Assembly: GCA_010093705.1 (NCBI GenBank)
Contig: MU006112.1
Coordinates: 124,001-188,000, forward strand
Source: Patellaria atrata CBS 101060
Lineage: Eukaryota
Direction: 5' to 3'
Length of the DNA: 64,000 nucleotides
A program made the translations under genes and the position numbers. A model generated the notes under the pieces. That model did not search any database and was not told the DNA's origin. It saw only the letters and a list, made by a program, of their open reading frames with translations. Below, piece by piece: positions 41,762 to 53,097 of the stretch (within the stretch, counting starts at the first letter, position 1; the number at the start of each line of letters is the position of its first letter).

Positions 41762-41833
41762 ATTTGACAATTTGACCATTTGACAATTTGACCATTTGAC
41801 AATTTGGCAATTTGGCAATTTGGCAATTTGACA
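41762..41833. repeat. 8-bp minisatellite ATTTG(A/G)C(A/C) x9
   Basis: Units ATTTGACA, ATTTGACC and ATTTGGCA are seen directly. Confidence 0.95.
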
Positions 41834-43077
41834 ACCTCATACGTCCACTACCCCCCCAACACATTTCGCACCGTTGTGTTCTAGAAAGATTCTCCCGGAG
41901 ATGCCACGAGGTGTTGCCGTACGTGGCGCTGAACTCAACAGCCTGAACGGTGATCGTCCGAACTATGATCGACCACGCGCGTTGTCGTTCTTAACTTGGA
42001 CTTCTCGCATCATACTGTACAGTACCTACTGATACTGTATTGGTGGCTTTACCCAAACTGGATTTGACTTCTTGATCCTTTTGACCGCTGGAATGACCTA
42101 AACCTGAAGTTGAAAGGAAGTACATTCCTACAGCTATCTCATGCACCTATCGTTCAACTAGGGGAGAGATACCGTACCTGAATCTGTCACCGGGAGGTGG
42201 GTTGAAGAAGTCCGAATATGCCATTATAGAATCCCTTCACGTACCTTGCGAGAAATACCGAAGTAGTGGATAGAGACTTTGTCGCACGATTTGGCACTTT
42301 CATGCACCTCTCCACTGCGATTCCGGAGACACCCCCCAGCTCAAACAACACACGCAAGATGATGTCAATGCAGAAACGTGGAAACATCTTCCGGCCTTCT
42401 ACGAGGAGGAAAGCTTAGCATGAGCGTCGATGCGGCTCCGTTCACGGCATTGAGTTTGATAGCTTTGCTTGAACTTAGCTCCAGCCTCATAGGGCTATCA
42501 CACGCATCGAGGGCCATTATCCAAGATTATCTTTTCAAAAATCCACGATCACTCCACCAGATGAAATTGCGCCATAGCATGATCTCTTATATCGGCATAG
42601 GCAATGTTGAGCTTTTATAGCATGATCAGTCCGCATTAATATACAGTCGAATATCCATACATATTTACAGCACACTTGAATCTTGTGCTTTATTAGCATG
42701 ATCTAGCAATTTTCACATGTGCCACATACTTCGCATTCACCATCTCCTCCTCTGTCACGGTCGATACTCCTCCCTCCTTGGACGATCTGGTACGCACATG
42801 GCATGTTATCGAAGTAGGCCACCTCGTAGTTTCAAATGATCTGTACAGCTCAGTTGGAAGTTTATGACAGCACAAATACAGCAAGCCATGATTAGCAACT
42901 CCAAACGAAAGAATCTTGAGTCATTATCGGTCTCTCGAAAATCCTACCAATAAAAGTTTCATATCCCAATACGCCGAGCACCGAATATCATACAAGAGTC
43001 ACACTATAACCCATCCCCAATCATCATACACTTTCACCACCTCGTAACCTTTACCCTCTTCACTGACAAGCATACAA

Positions 43078-43487
43078 TCACGCCGCCAGATTATTCCCTC
43101 GCCCATCAGGCCCTCCATCCCGTCCAGCCCCCAACCCGCCCTTCGAATCCCCCACCAACAGCCCCCTCTTCCTAAGATCCTCTATCCTCCCCTGCTCCTT
43201 CCTGTCATCCCGCTTGAGCTTCATGGTCCAGAATATCCAGAAGCCCGCTGCACCTAAGTATACTGTCAGCCACGTCTCTAATACCCGTTATATAGCGCCC
43301 ATACTAACTTCAAGGCACAGTACCCTAGATTTGTGGGTTTGGGGGAAAGCTTACCTATCAACATCACAGCCATGAAGGCGAACATGACTCCGATCTCATG
43401 TCCGATGCTGGGAGCGGGTACGTATTTCGCTGCTGCGTCGGGGTCACCGCCGCCACCGCCAGCACGGGGGGAGAGCTTCTGAGCCAT
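43078..43487 (-). CDS. Small (102 aa) single-pass membrane protein of unknown function
   Basis: Exon 1 43487-43355, intron 43354-43254 (GTAAGC..GCTGAC..TAG), exon 2 43253-43078. The join creates a continuous TM helix IGVMFAFMAVMLIGAAGFWIFW followed by basic KLKR. Confidence 0.8.
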
Positions 43488-45170
43488 TGTTTTGGACTGA
43501 AGAAGGGAGAAATTGTTGTTTGCGTTGCGTGGTCTGGGGGTGGTTTTAATAGGTACCGTATGCCGATTCCCTTCGTTTCGTTGTCAGATAGCCTTCAGTT
43601 ACTATCTGCACCGTGGACAGAAACACAGCTCGGAGTTCAGATAAGCTGGTTAAGGGATATCGTTTCTCTTGACCCCTTTTACTAGCTTTGTAGGTTGAGT
43701 AAGGTAGTAATGAAGCCGCGTTCGGAACAGAAACAAGTCGTAAGCACGCGAAACTAAACTGGATGCTCTGCTCTACATATCAACCCGCCCATATCCCCAG
43801 CTCTTACGATCCCCTGCGACGAGGACGTCATGCTGAGCCCTCACGGCTTACAGTTGCCGCGCTACTATCTCGATCGGGCAATTTTGCAGGGAGGAGCGGG
43901 CGTTAGGCGGACTGCGCTATCCTCGTTTGGGAAGAGGGAAGCTGGGCGTGTGTGATGTCATCGTCACTTCATGGGTTTAGGGGATGAATAACTGTAAAGT
44001 GTGTTAGGAGAAGGGAGTTTCTGTTGTTTAAGGGATTGGTTTGGAATTTGGGTGGTATGATAGGAGTTTATTGTTTGGAGTTGGTTATACTGCTCGTCGG
44101 ATGGGGAGGGTTGGGTTTGTTGTTCGGGTCACGACCCTAAGTTAGTTGATATGATGTTTTTACGATATGTATACCATACTCCGTACTCCGTACTGTTGGT
44201 AACGTACATGTTCCGGGACGTTTCTCTCCTATGTGCTTGCATAGTATTATTTTCGAGGGGGGAATCGCTCTGGATTACTTGTGGAATATGGAAACAGCGA
44301 TATACCATATTTCTTAGAAAATCCAAAGCAGTCGTTTCTACGTTATCCCCTCAGCATATCTCAGTTATTGCTCTCAAGTCCTCTTACCGCTCCTCTGTCT
44401 CGTTCATCGGCAGCTCCTTCATCTGGCCTTTCATACATTCGTAGCAGTGCCTGTAGGCGATCGAGACACAGTCGCTCTTCTCCCGTCATGTGGTTCTCAA
44501 CCGCGTTTCATACTCGTTTGGTGAATCATGCTGATAGTCATCGATTGTATTTGCAACTGTCTTTCCCTTGTAACTGCAAATTATCCCCGCGATAAAACTT
44601 GATTCCTGTTTTCCGAGTGTCATCTGTGAGTAGTTGGTGGGCATTGTCGGAGTGCTGGCCTAAGGACATCCATTCATGTTTATCGACCACCTTACGTGAG
44701 TCCCGGTATATCGACGACGTACTACCTCGATATCCATCCTCCGCAGTGACGAAGGGAATGTTTCAAGAATAAGGGATACGATTGGAAGATATGCTATCGT
44801 TTCCAGGTGGTATTACCGATATAGAAGTATATTGCGCAACAAGGTTATCACTCACTTGTCGAAACCGTCCTGTCAATGCATTCCTCGACCGTAGATTCTC
44901 GCCTTATACCGGTAGCTGAACCTGGTCCTGTTCTCTTTCCGGTATTACTATGAAATTGAGAGTTGTAACGCTCTTCGGCAGGTGCAAGCACAGATTCAGA
45001 GAATGATGGACTCGTATAGAATATGCTCCACTCCCGTAGAGGAAGTAGCCACTCAATCCAACACTTTAACAATAAAAAACCCCCCCACCAACCAAATCAA
45101 AACAAAAGAACTTCAAATCCACGCCAGACACCGCGGAATCCAATACAAACAACCAACCTCACCTCATCCC

Positions 45171-45287
45171 AAACCTCAAACCTCAAGCCTTAAACCTCAA
45201 ACCTCAAGCCTTAAACCTCAAACCTCAAGCCTTAAACCTCAAACCTCAAGCCTTAAACCTCAAACCTCAAGCCTTAAACCTCAAACC
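45171..45287. repeat. 21-bp tandem repeat AAACCTCAAACCTCAAGCCTT x5.5, built from heptamers
   Basis: Five perfect copies plus a partial one, just upstream of the ORF at 45320. Confidence 0.95.
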
Positions 45288-45319
45288 CCCCCTTCAAACC
45301 CCTCCCCCTCCAACCCATA

Positions 45320-45559
45320 ATGTGCCGCCCCACGCTGCCCAAATGGAGCTTCTGCACCTCCCACATCTCCTACTACGAGACCACACGCGCCTCGCGCCCC
45401 GGATGCAGCACCACATCCCGGAAGCGCGAGATGCACGGCGCCGCTCATCGATTCCGCCCGGAGGAGGAGGAGGAGGAGGAGGAGCGGGAGATGTGGGCTA
45501 AGATTGCGGAGTGGGAGAGGGTGTTTTGGGGGCCGCTGCATCGGACGACTGAGGGGTAG
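45320..45559 (+). CDS. Small hypothetical protein (79 aa) with an N-terminal MC-x9-C-x2-H motif
   Basis: ATG with A at -3 after a C/A-rich leader. It shows the same C-rich 5' / G-rich 3' skew as real short genes in this window and shares a motif with the protein at 48442. Confidence 0.5.
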   Translation: MCRPTLPKWSFCTSHISYYETTRASRPGCSTTSRKREMHGAAHRFRPEEEEEEEEREMWAKIAEWERVFWGPLHRTTEG

Positions 45560-46660
45560 TGTGACTGGCGCAAGAGAGGCGGCTGTTATCGTGTTATGTG
45601 TGCGGTTTGGGATGCGTTGGGAGTTGTGTGGTGGTGCGGGTACAATTTCAAGAGCATCGATGGGGAAGGGTGGAATGGATGAAGACTGTTCAGGACATTC
45701 TTTTGTTTTTACGTGCGGGTTTTGAAGGGAGGGGGGAGAGGGGTTTCGGATTGGTGTTGTTTGCTGGACTTGTTCGGGGTTTGTGGTTTCGTTGTGTGGT
45801 GGTCTTGCGCTGTGTACTCGCTGAGTCGGACAGGCGGATATGGTTACAATGAGGGGATATGATTTGGTCTCACTCCCTTTTTGGAGCTGGATGTCTAGAC
45901 CGTCAACTGCGTGCGGATGTTTCCTGCTGAGGTTGTGGATGTCTAAGTGGTCAATAACTCTATTAAGTATTCATGTTTTCCAATAGAAATTCTGATCATA
46001 AAGACTCATATTCGGGTTCTCCATCCATAGGAACATAAAAGCAGTGATATAGCATGTTTCATACAAGAGTCAGATCGTTCAGCTATCTCCACATCATCCC
46101 CAAATTTCTCTCCTCAACCTCTCCTCTTTCTAAAGTTCTCTTGCCAGTTTCTCCTCATTTTTAGCAGTGTGGCTTTACCCAGACTTTCCAGCTTGTGTAA
46201 CCCTAACTAGCAAGAGATCTCTTTGTCTTCTTTGTATAACTCCTCCACGTTTCATGCAAGGTCCGGTAAATCATATCGACCGGTGCAATCTGCACCCTGT
46301 TTCCTGGTATTGGATGCGAGTTGCTCTCAAGGTTCACGGGATTCTTCAAACTGCAAACGTGATATAGTGTATTGGCGACGGTTGATTGGCAGGAGGTTCA
46401 GAGGGATCATGCGTATTGGAGGAACTCCACCTGTGCCACGAATGTAGTCGATAAGGCGGCCAGAATCTAGACATACTGTGCAAAAACTTGTTGGACCGTA
46501 GAGATATGGGATATCGACGCCGTACCGTTGACGCACCGTTGACCAGAGTTTTACAACTCAATCAGGGCACAGAACATATCGAATGGGTATTGTCCATTAG
46601 ATCAAGTAAGGTAGTTTCGTTTCATATTACCTCGTAGGGCGTCAGTCATCGATATATACT

Positions 46661-47191
46661 ATGTGTGATCCTCCGACTCGACGACACAGATATATTAACC
46701 CATTCGCTCCCCCGGAGAATCCCCATCGATTCCACATCCTCGGAAAACTCGATCACAAGAATCTATCAACGAAACCTTCGAATACTTCCACACTTCCTCA
46801 AGATCTGAGAGCGGCGACGTTACCAGAGCCCTCCTCTCGACAAACAACTTTATCTATTCACTTCCTCCTCCTTAAATATTTTGGTCTGATATTGGGAGCA
46901 AGATCCCTCAGGTGCGGATTCGGACACGAATTCAATTTCAAGGTTTCGTGCTGGAGGTATTTGATTGGCTGCAAAACACACCACATAAACTACAAGGTTC
47001 CTGAGAAGGAATACAGTTGCACCGCGTGTCCTCTCTACGACAAGCTCTGTTCGCTACTCACAGCTGACAAGGTACCGGGTTATGTAGAATGGGATGATAT
47101 AGTAGTAGCAGGATGGGAGGCTAGGGATATCATAGATTTATGGGAGGACGCGTACCCGAAGACTCGAAAGGAACAGGAAACAATTCTGTAG
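46661..47191 (+). CDS. Hypothetical protein (176 aa), no recognised domain
   Basis: Uninterrupted ORF with a Cys/His cluster (C.FGH...C...CKTHH...CTAC). No family recognised; may be a relic. Confidence 0.35.
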   Translation: MCDPPTRRHRYINPFAPPENPHRFHILGKLDHKNLSTKPSNTSTLPQDLRAATLPEPSSRQTTLSIHFLLLKYFGLILGARSLRCGFGHEFNFKVSCWRYLIGCKTHHINYKVPEKEYSCTACPLYDKLCSLLTADKVPGYVEWDDIVVAGWEARDIIDLWEDAYPKTRKEQETIL

Positions 47192-48441
47192 GTATGGCCT
47201 AAAGCTTCCCAATTCATTCAAGAAATGGGCTGAGGGGAAAGATAGGTTTATGGAACGCTGTCATGGATACATTGGAACCGGGCTTGAAGTGATTGAGCGC
47301 TAAGACTCTCTTTTAGTATGTCGATGGTTGAAATTGGTCCAGGGGGGTTTAATTTGCGTGCGGTAGTCTTACACTGTACGCTCATTTAGCTAGGTGGACA
47401 AGTATATCTAGGAACTGAGATATATTCTATTCACAATTCACCTTGACATATAGATGGATTACATCCTACTAACTACACACCTGCTCCAGAGAGACAATAT
47501 AACCTCAGTCATGAACAAAGTGAAACGAGAGTACAAAGAAAGGGAAGGGTGGTAGGTATGTTACACTTTAGTCCATGCATTGTCTTCATACTTCCTACCA
47601 TATCTGTATCGATTGGATAAAATCCTCATCGGCCAGTCGGGAACTACATATATGCAGTTATGGTATCTAATATGAACTTCACCTTCCCTTATTTACCTTT
47701 CCGAGACCTGCTCCCTTTGGCAAATTGCCTTTGAATAAGTGTTGCCTCACTATACACGGTATCTTCCGTAAATTTTTTATGTGTAAGGTACTCGAGAATC
47801 TATCTCCCTCTGGAGTCGCCCCAGGCTTCATACTGGTCCGACGTATTGTAGTTCTAATTTGGAAGGATCTATTCTATTTGTAGTTGCGAGATCTATGTGT
47901 AATTACACTGATTTCCTTCTCTGCAGCTGTCAACCATTCTCAAAGTCAATAGAACGGAGATACTTCATGTTGTTGAGCTCGTCTCCGCAGAGACGGCTGG
48001 TCAAATGCTCGGGGTAGAATATGAAATCGGGTTGAGCGAAATTGACCACAAAGTTAACCGGTGATTGATGATTCCCAAGCGCGTCATTGCGAAACAATGT
48101 TGCACTGTTGGATTATCCAGTTCTGGCGCCATGTCATACCGCAAAACGAATGTAGTACATCGAAGTGACTGATAAGTCAGAGCCTTTCCCATGTGCTATT
48201 AGAAGCTATGATGTGGACAAAGAAGCCTATGCAAGTGAGATTCTTGTAGAGAGAGGTATTAAAAAGGAATTCAGTCTCTGAAGTCCCGGTCACGTTAATC
48301 GGTAAAAAAAGGAAAAAGAGCACCTCAAACGCGAAGCGTCAAGTTTGACGTATAAATATTCTCCCGACACTCTTTAAAACTGACATCAAGACGCACCTTA
48401 AAATACACTTCAAAGCACACTCTCGAAACACACTCTCAGCC

Positions 48442-49777
48442 ATGTGCATCTCAATCGAACGTAAGTACGTAGACTGCGAGCAACGTCACCAGAGTTCCGA
48501 CAGGGTACTCTGTGACGGTCATCAAACCAAATGCTACCACGGCTGCGAAAATGACTGCGAACACTACAAAAACGCGTGCCACAAATATCGCGTGGAATTG
48601 GATAGTAGGAAGCCTTGTCTGGTGTGTAACGGCAACGCCCCAAGTGAATGGGAAATATTCGATACAGACCAAGTGTATCAATGTCGCAGCGAAGAACAGG
48701 TATCCAATGTGGTCGGAGATATCCGCGGGAAATGGGCCAGAGAAATGATAGCTGGGCGGCATTTTTCAGCGATGGAACTCATCAAGCGCGTTGATACGTA
48801 AGTTATCTCGCATTCACTGGTTTCCCCTTTCTTGCTGACGATTTCTCTGTTGCAGATGGCCCTCCAAAGAAGATCGCTCCGCATACAAGGAGCATACGGC
48901 GAAGTACTGGTCCCTTATGGTACCAGGATACCCTGAACGATTGGGGCACGTCCACGACGACTTCGTGAGAGAGATGCGTTGGCCTGATGGATGGATGAGA
49001 AATGAGGACGAACGTCTCTTATTCCTACCAGAATGGGATTTCCAAGGCCTGTCTCACTTGATGCATAACACACTACGCGACAACTATCTGAACGGCCGCA
49101 GCGTACATCACTGGTCTCAGGAGACTTTTACCCTCCGGGACGACGAAGGACGCGATGTCCTCCGTATGAACCGGGCCGGTACGGATATCTTCGGGGTTGT
49201 GGACGAGAGTGTCCAAATGATAGTGTTCATGAGAACGGAGGCTGGAATCGAATACCTTGTACCAAGACGTGCAAGGGATATGGTTATGTTCCCGGGACTA
49301 CTTGACACCTTCGCAACAGGCTACACTTTCGACCGTGAAGAGTCGTCCCTCCAGGCCATAGCTGACGAGGTCGAAAAGTACGGCATTCCGGGATGGTTTA
49401 TCCGGGAGCAAGCAAGGGAATACGGAACCGTCAAGTACTCGATGGCGAAGACGAATGACGGCAGAAACGGCTGCCAACATCACTGCCTGGAAGTCTTTGA
49501 GATGCAAATCGTACGAGCGGATGCCGGTATGCTCTCTGACGAGGAAGGCAAGGAGTTTCAACGGATGACTGTGACGGAGGTAAAAGCAGCACTACTTAGG
49601 GGAGAATTCGCCCCTCACGCGATCATGAGCTATGTAGCTCATTTTGTTTTACACGGCATTGTGCATCGTGGGAGGGAACCCCAGTTCGATGAGGTGTGTG
49701 CTCGGCTCCAAAGGGAGCATGACTTATCAGTTGTTAGATCGACTGAAACGGAAATTCTGGAGGGGACGGAAAAGTAA
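48442..49777 (+). CDS. Cys/His-rich N-terminal domain fused to a YJR142W/Tnr3-like (thiamine-pyrophosphokinase-associated) Nudix-fold domain with a degenerate Nudix box
   Basis: Intron 48798-48855 (GTAAGT..GCTGAC..CAG) joins the 119-aa and 286-aa ORFs in frame (ELIKRVDTWP..YWSLMVPGYPERLGHV). Family hallmarks: W..ETF, MNRAGTDIFGVV..SV.M, VPRRA....FPGLLD, GTVKY, EVKAALLRGEFAP, HFVLHGIV, RLQR. TATAAAT at 48351. Confidence 0.8.
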
Positions 49778-50340
49778 GGAACTTAACGAGCAGTATGTGA
49801 GGGTAGCTAAGAATCATGAAAAGGATTCTTGCTGCGACCTCGTTTGCTGTCCAGAATTTTGCTTCATAGAATGATTCGGCGACACTCATATTATGCAGAA
49901 TTAGTCCAATGAGAGATAACTCAATGAGCTTTCAGTTAAGTGTTCGTCTATGTAGTAATAATGCTATCCTTGCTAGGGGAGATTGCTCGATTTTGTTCTC
50001 GGGACGTAGTCTAAGAAGATTACATAGTGTTCCAGAGAATTTTTCCCTTTTCCCATTTTGTGGGCTGGTATATCATTATTAACTCCCGTTGGACGAGATT
50101 TTCGACTCTGGTTAAGGTGAGGTGGACTCTGAGGTTTAAAAAATATATAAATCGGTAAAACTTCGGTTCAGCTCATCGTAAATTTTATGAACCAAGTGCC
50201 ATCATCAACTCTAAATCACATCACCAATTACCCTCCCATCGAACCCGCTCAACTCGATCCACACACAATCTACTCAATCTAAAAAATATTCCTCCATTAA
50301 ACCCCCCAGCTCCAATCTCGCCAGTCTCTAGCCTTCAATC

Positions 50341-51113
50341 ATGGCGGCCGTGACCTCGCGAACCGCGCGTAGCTACACCGGTGTCGTCGTCTCCGCCGGA
50401 CGCATGATGAAGACAGTAAGAGTGCGCATCGCAGACCAAACATGGAACAAGAAATTACGCAAAGTGAGTTCTCCCTCCTCAATAAACCCCTACATCCTCT
50501 CAAACACAAGCCCGTACCCAACCCATCAACACTCTTCCATAATACCCCCCAATCTTCAAAATAGGAGACACAAACAGACACTCACCCCACACAGCACTTC
50601 CAAACCCCCCGCAACATTCCCGTTGCCGACCCGACCTCCTCCCTGCGGGAGGGCGACCTGATTCAGCTCGTCTCTGGCTGGCGCACCTCCAAAACAGTCC
50701 GCCACGTCGTCACATCCATAATCGCTCCTTTCGGGTCTCCCGCCTCGGAACGCCCTCCGATCCTGTCGGAAGCCGAGCGGTTGACCATTAGGGAGCAGAG
50801 GCGGTTGGAGAAGGATGGGCGGCAGGCGGCGAGGGGGAGGCCAGCTGCGCTTGCACGGGTACGGAGGCGGGAGATGGAGGGGAAGGAGGTCAAGGTGCCT
50901 GGGAGCGAAGAGGTGAATGAGGGAGGGCCGAGTGGTGGGGAGATGGAGATGCCGGATATAAATGAGAGGGCGATGGGGAATAAGAATGCTGCGGCTAAGC
51001 TGATAGATAAAGCGGTGGAGAATGTGGAGGAGCTTAGGGACGTGATAGAGAGGACGAGAGGGAAAGGAAGGATCGCAGATGAAGTTGCGAGAGGTGGGAA
51101 GGGGATATCGTAG
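50341..51113 (+). CDS. MRPS17: Mitochondrial ribosomal protein uS17m
   Basis: GVVVSAGRMMKTVRVR..QTWNKKLRK, intron 50464-50594, then DP.SSLREGDLI..WRTSKTVRHVVTSIIAPFG. Confidence 0.92.
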
Positions 51114-51364
51114 AGCGATGAGGAAGATAATGAGGTGGGATGGAGGTAGAGACCGTCTTATCTATACAAAGCATTGGGATCAGGGTATTTGAGTTTTCTG
51201 TAATTTTATGTGTATAAATCAAATATCGTCTAGAATCATTGAATATATCCCACCAAAGGGTATCTGATACAATGCAATACGCCCCGTAATATGCACCACC
51301 CGAACACAACACCTCAAAAGCGCCTCGTAACACCTTCGATGCAGCAACGTAAATGTTCCTAGAA

Positions 51365-52839
51365 CTAGGGGCTCTCAACCTTCGCATCATCCTCCTCTGG
51401 AGCCGCAATAAACGGATGCTCAAGTGCCTCCTCCGCCGTAATCCTCTTCCCTGGCTCACACTCCAAACACCTTTCTAAAAACTTAATTGCGTCCCTCTCA
51501 GCCTCACTCAGTGCTGCCACTCTTGTTTGGCTATTCTTACTCCCGGAATTACGGTTCGTGCACCACAAGATCAACTTATCGAAACTGATCCCACTCTCGC
51601 TATACGAGGTGATATTAGTCTGAAAGACTTGACCGTGAAGCAGCGCGACTTCCCGCATACGCCGTTTTCCGAAGATGGCAGTGATCTCAAGGAGCGCGTC
51701 GATGTCATCTGCGGAGTGGAAGAAGGGAAATCGGCGCGAGAGAAATGTGAGAAGGATTACGCCGGAACTCCACATGTCTATTGCGGTTGTTTGGGCTGTG
51801 CATTTGAGCAGTACCTCAGGAGCACGGAAACCTCTCGTCCCTGCTCTGTTGGCGCGACGTGAGGGACGTTGGTCGTTCTTGGGATAGGATGGCATTGCGG
51901 GAAGTCCGACGGTTTCTCTGAGCGACTCGTGATGGGAATGTTTGATCCTGTATGCGCGCTCGACGGGGTCGTGCTCGCAATTACAATGGTACCAGTCCGT
52001 GCCTTCTCTCTCGGCGAGGCCGAAGTCGACAAGGACACCTCGTGAGTGCTGCGGTGAGTATAGAAAGTTCGTTGGCTTGATGTCGCGGTGAAGGATTTTG
52101 GCGCGATGAACCCATTTTAGAGCGGTAAAGAGCGAGCGGAAGTATAATCGCATTTCTTCAACTGTGAAATCAGTGAAGTAATCACGGAAGTCTTTGTGTT
52201 GAAAATAGGGTAAGATAGCGACGACTTGATCCTGGTAGCGGAAGGCCGTGATGAGAGGACAGACATTAGGGGAAGCCTTTAAATCATGGAGTAGAGATAG
52301 TTCATTTAGAATGCGAATGGGCGAACTGGTGACATAAATCTTCTTGATCGCGACGTAGCGGGGTCTACTTGAGGAACGAATCGCTTTCTTTTTGGGGGAC
52401 GAGGATGGTCTCTCGTTCTCTTTTGCTTCAATATCCCAATCATTTTGAAAAGAATGATAATGAAGATCCTCAGCTTTGTAGACGGTAGAAAAGGTGCCTG
52501 AGTTGTAACGTTAGCTCAAAAACATGTGACAATGGTACGGATGCTAGGAGCGGGCAGGTGCAGACTCGTGACGAAACACGAACCTTCTCCTATGCGATTG
52601 ATCAAGCGATATCTTTTGTTGATTCCCTTGAAGCTGTCCTGAAAGCGCGCAATGTCTTCTAACACGGAATCTTCAACATCTTCTTCTTCTTCTTCCTCGC
52701 TGTCGTTGGTTCTCGTATAACCACTCTCCTCAAGCGGTCCTCGGCTCTCATCCATAACCGTATCCTCGTCTTCCCGACATTCGTCTTCCAAAACCTTTAT
52801 TTGTTCCTCCTGCATGCCCTGATGTCTTACTCTAGTCAT
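51365..52839 (-). CDS. CDC7: Cell division control protein 7 (Cdc7/Hsk1) DDK kinase
   Basis: IGEGTFSTVYKAED across intron 52583-52498, VAIKKIYVTSSPIRILNEL, HRDIKPTNFL, VLVDFGLAE and RANRAGTRGFRAPEVL. Start at 52839 or 52815 is uncertain. Confidence 0.95.
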
Positions 52840-53097
52840 TATCAAACTTCTCTTCCTTTCTGTTCCTCGTATTCCGGGTCTGGTGTTCAATTGGCGGACG
52901 AAGAGGCTCTTGTGTGCTTTGTGTGTGTTCTGGGAAGACGCGAAGTCAACAACTGGCGCGGAATTTTACCGCGGACAACACCGAATCAGGAAACTCCAAA
53001 ACATTGCCCACCACCAAAGTCAACAACACCTCTATTCACCATAATATTCGACCTCAACGCTTCTTTCACGCTCTTTAGCGTGGCGTTTTCTTTCAAT
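52840..53097. promoter_or_regulatory. Bidirectional promoter shared by CDC7 and CND1, with CGCG-core (MCB-like) elements
   Basis: About 260 bp between divergent ATGs. ACGCGA at 52938, GGCGCGGAA at 52955 and CCGCGG at 52969. Confidence 0.55.

Noticed and set aside
41762..41833. Short repeat arrays (also 45171-45287) as CRISPR-like or telomeric sequence
   Set aside because: There are no unique spacers, the host is eukaryotic, and the units are not TTAGGG.
46198..46207. TAACCCTAAC, matching the template of Pezizomycotina telomerase RNA
   Set aside because: A 9-10-mer is expected by chance in 64 kb across two strands, and I could not recognise pseudoknot or CR4/5 elements. A covariance-model search would be needed.
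52801..53097. ORF-track N-terminal extension of Cnd1 from a TTG
   Set aside because: It uses a non-ATG start and overlaps the CDC7 start and shared promoter; the conserved N-terminus begins at ATG 53098.
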